DNA of 6,797 nt. It comes from an uncultured Gammaproteobacteria bacterium (GTDB taxonomy: Bacteria; Patescibacteriota; Microgenomatia; Daviesbacterales; UBA10151). The notes under the pieces are model-generated. The model was not told where the DNA came from. It ran no database searches and saw nothing but the letters and a program-made list of their open reading frames with translations. Location: assembly GCA_964522265.1 (NCBI GenBank), contig CAZFVS010000047.1, positions 1,464 through 8,260 on the forward strand, read 5' to 3'. The first letter of the stretch is position 1. Every line of letters starts with the position of its first letter. A program made the position numbers and the translations under genes. Shown here in pieces: positions 5,664-6,797 of this stretch.

Positions 5664-5927
5664 TTAAGAAGACAGCACTCCTTTTTTGATATACTCTTTA
5701 ATTAAAGATTGGTAAGGGATGTTGATCTCATTTGCCTGCTCCTTCACCCTATTTAAAAGATAATCAGGGATCCTGATTGATACAGGATGGCTGGTAGGTT
5801 TCAGGTTAGGGAAATTGACCTCTTCTAGATCAGATGGTTCATAATACTCTGAAAGGTCTATTTTATACCAAAATTCCCGTTCTTCATCTTCATTTTTAAA
5901 TTTAGGCAGCTTTAATTTTTTCTTCAT
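5664..5927 (-). CDS. brnA: BrnA-family antitoxin (RHH/CopG-like C-terminus)
   Basis: The 87-aa protein contains PKFKNEDEEREFWYKIDLSEYY...NLKPTSHPVSIRIPDYLLNRVKEQANEINIPYQSLIKEYI, which matches the BrnA pattern (F.SEeEE.EFW ... NLKPT...ISLRLP ... vPYQSLIK). A perfect SD, GGAGGTG (5941-5935), lies 7 nt upstream of the ATG at 5927. The gene overlaps the brnT 3' end by 26 nt. Confidence 0.85.
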   Translation of the reverse strand: MKKKLKLPKFKNEDEEREFWYKIDLSEYYEPSDLEEVNFPNLKPTSHPVSIRIPDYLLNRVKEQANEINIPYQSLIKEYIKKGVLSS

Positions 5928-6204
5928 ATAGAAACACCTCCTTTCTGTTTACATCTCGTGCAGAGATAATCCTGATTTTTTTAGATCTTTTTGTAAATAC
6001 AACAAACATTAAACGTCCTGTTTTTGTTTTTCCTAATACTCTAAACCGTTTTTCTTTTTGAGAATGCACACTGTCTTTAAAAATATATTTCCGTTTATCA
6101 AAAAATATCTCTTCAGATTCTGTATCTGAAACTTTATGCTTAGTATTTTTACCAATATTCCCTTTATCCCATTCAAACTCATAAACTGTCTTATCAGTTC
6201 TCAT
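5902..6204 (-). CDS. brnT: BrnT-family (DUF497) ribonuclease toxin
   Basis: The 100-aa protein contains YEFEWDKGNIGKNTKHKVSDTESEEIFFD...DSVHSQKEKRFRVLGKTKTGRLMFVVFTKRSKKIRIISARDVNRKE, which matches the DUF497/BrnT signature (FEWD..K...N..KHgVsF.EA..vF.D...D..HS..E.R....G....GR.l.VV.T.R....IRIISAR.A...E). The toxin-first gene order is the same as in the characterised Brucella BrnTA. Confidence 0.9.
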   Translation of the reverse strand: MRTDKTVYEFEWDKGNIGKNTKHKVSDTESEEIFFDKRKYIFKDSVHSQKEKRFRVLGKTKTGRLMFVVFTKRSKKIRIISARDVNRKEVFLYEEKIKAA

Positions 6205-6215
6205 GTATATACTGT

Positions 6216-6244
6216 ATTATACATTATTTAGAAAAATTGGTCAA
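6216..6244 (-). promoter_or_regulatory. Near-consensus sigma70 promoter of brnTA: -35 TTGACC, 17-nt spacer, -10 TATAAT
   Basis: The minus strand reads TTGACC (6244-6239), aatttttctaaataatg, TATAAT (6221-6216), acagtatatac, ATG (6204). Only 11 nt lie between the -10 and the start, and there is no SD. Confidence 0.55.
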
Positions 6245-6286
6245 GAGACCATCACATTCACCCACAAAATCCGCTAATTATTTATA

Positions 6287-6361
6287 CTAACCTATCTTTT
6301 TTCTGCTAGACCAGGAATAATCTTCAATTAACTCATCCCACTTTGGGGCTTCAGGGATCAC
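6287..6361 (-). CDS. Speculative 24-codon leaderless small ORF (MIPEAPKWDELIEDYSWSSRKKIG), or a gene remnant
   Basis: The GTG at 6361-6359 lies 6 nt downstream of the extended -10 TGaTATAAT. This is the same geometry as at the polA, DUF4258 and hydrolase starts. There is no homology evidence, the ORF is very short, and it could be non-coding. Confidence 0.2.
   Translation of the reverse strand: MIPEAPKWDELIEDYSWSSRKKIG
6342..6354 (-). repeat. Copy 2 of a 13-nt imperfect direct repeat, CTGAAGC(C/T)CCAAA in minus-strand sense
   Basis: The plus strand reads tttggggcttcag at 6342-6354 and tttggagcttcag at 6442-6454, exactly 100 bp apart, with 12/13 identical. Extending on the minus strand gives about 17/22 matches (CTGAAGCxCCAAAxxGGGAT). 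Confidence 0.7.
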
Positions 6362-6367
6362 GTCACG

Positions 6368-6376
6368 ATTATATCA
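6368..6376 (-). promoter_or_regulatory. Extended -10 element TGaTATAAT in the PIN-brnT spacer
   Basis: The minus strand reads TGATATAAT-cgtgac-GTG. The hexamer is consensus and carries the TG extension. Confidence 0.35.
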
Positions 6377-6390
6377 ATAAACTCATTTTT

Positions 6391-6404
6391 TGAACGATCG
6401 TTCA
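6391..6404. promoter_or_regulatory. Perfect 14-bp palindrome TGAACGATCGTTCA, a candidate operator for a dimeric DNA-binding protein
   Basis: The sequence is its own reverse complement and is flanked by T5/A-rich runs. It is centred at about -36 relative to the TSS predicted from the 6368-6376 -10 box, so it overlaps the -35 position. The palindrome itself is certain. The confidence value refers to the operator interpretation. Confidence 0.35.
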
Positions 6405-6441
6405 ATTTTTGCGTTCTAACAAAATGTGCCTCCAATCCCGG

Positions 6442-6454
6442 TTTGGAGCTTCAG
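6442..6454 (-). repeat. Copy 1 of the 13-nt imperfect direct repeat. It spans the PIN gene stop codon.
   Basis: See 6342-6354. The minus strand reads aaCTGAAGCTCCAAAccgggat, and the TGA stop of the PIN ORF (6453-6451) lies inside it. Confidence 0.7.
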
Positions 6455-6797
6455 TTACCTGCAACTTTTTTCAAAAACTGTTCTGGTGTAATAATGGGGA
6501 TGCTTTTGAACTGCTTTAGGAGCAAAAGGTGTTTTTTATCACCTGTTACAATATAATCAACTTCCCCCGCTAGCGCTGCTTCAAGTATTCTGTTATCTTT
6601 TTGATAACTTAACTGTTGTATCCTAATGATAGGAACGACTGTCTTGGAAATTGAAGATACTGATTTTAACATTTTTTTAATTTCAGTTTCAGGAAATTTA
6701 AATTTTTTTAGCAAGACCTCTTTTATCTCTTCCAAAATAGCTGGTGATAAAATGATTAAAATCTTGCCTTTTGAGCCTAAAAATAGAATATCTTCAG
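6451..6797 (-). CDS. PIN_3 / TIGR00305-like PIN-domain toxin, C-terminal about 115 codons. The gene continues beyond the right window edge.
   Basis: The frame stays open upstream of the TTG used by the ORF track: ...EDILFLGSKGKILIILSPAILEEIKEVLLKKFKF.... The C-terminal QKDNRILEAALAGEVDYIVTGDKKHLLLLKQFKSIPIITPEQFL matches the family signature (D..DN..LE.A.ag.AdyIVTGDk.hLL.L..f.gI.IitP.eFl). Confidence 0.75.
   Translation of the reverse strand, partial: EDILFLGSKGKILIILSPAILEEIKEVLLKKFKFPETEIKKMLKSVSSISKTVVPIIRIQQLSYQKDNRILEAALAGEVDYIVTGDKKHLLLLKQFKSIPIITPEQFLKKVAGN

Noticed and set aside
5650-5667. AT-only near-palindrome TTAAAAATTATTTTTTAA between the kinase and brnA, considered as a bidirectional terminator
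   Set aside because: The stem would be all A-T and imperfect, so its predicted stability is negligible. It also overlaps the brnA stop codon.
1-6797. Search by eye for CRISPR arrays, tRNA/rRNA genes, IS elements, integrases and known defence-system genes
   Set aside because: I found no regularly spaced repeats of 24 nt or longer, no cloverleaf-like or rRNA-like segments, and no ORF with transposase, integrase, nuclease-helicase or other defence hallmarks. This needs confirmation with tRNAscan-SE, Infernal, CRISPR detection and DefenseFinder.

Overview
This is a mosaic, mostly low-GC bacterial chromosomal segment. The taxon cannot be assigned from the sequence alone. All motif coordinates and GC figures below are hand-derived from the printed sequence and are not computed statistics.

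Contents from left to right:
(1) The 5' end of a Pol I-type 5'-3' exonuclease gene on the minus strand. It runs off the left edge and is absent from the supplied ORF track.
(2) A translationally coupled DUF4258-like / DUF2283 two-gene putative toxin-antitoxin pair on the plus strand.
(3) An alpha/beta-hydrolase gene on the minus strand, split into two ORFs by a one-base excess in a G9 homopolymer just after the nucleophile serine.
(4) A GC-rich gene on the minus strand (about 55% GC by hand count, against roughly 28-50% elsewhere). It encodes a 206-aa signal-peptide protein of unknown function and has its own strong SD and a strong intrinsic terminator.
(5) A membrane-anchored PF04392-type solute-binding protein (minus) transcribed divergently from a Cache-HAMP-HisKA-HATPase sensor kinase (plus). 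No ABC permease/ATPase or response regulator is present in the window.
(6) A brnT-brnA type II TA operon on the minus strand.
(7) A 246-bp spacer holding a perfect 14-bp palindrome, an extended -10 box and a possible 24-codon leaderless ORF.
(8) The 3' part of a PIN_3 (TIGR00305-like) toxin gene on the minus strand, running off the right edge.

I saw no rRNA, tRNA, CRISPR array, transposase or integrase.

A recurring promoter grammar is visible. An extended -10 box (TGnTAnAAT) sits 6-7 nt upstream of the start codon of first genes that lack an SD, while internal genes carry strong SDs. This suggests widespread leaderless transcription.

I do not see a clear-cut novel multi-gene system. The best candidates for follow-up are the orphan SBP / Cache-kinase pair, the compositionally foreign secreted-protein gene that shares a 12-nt promoter motif with the neighbouring hydrolase, and the uncharacterised DUF4258/DUF2283 module.
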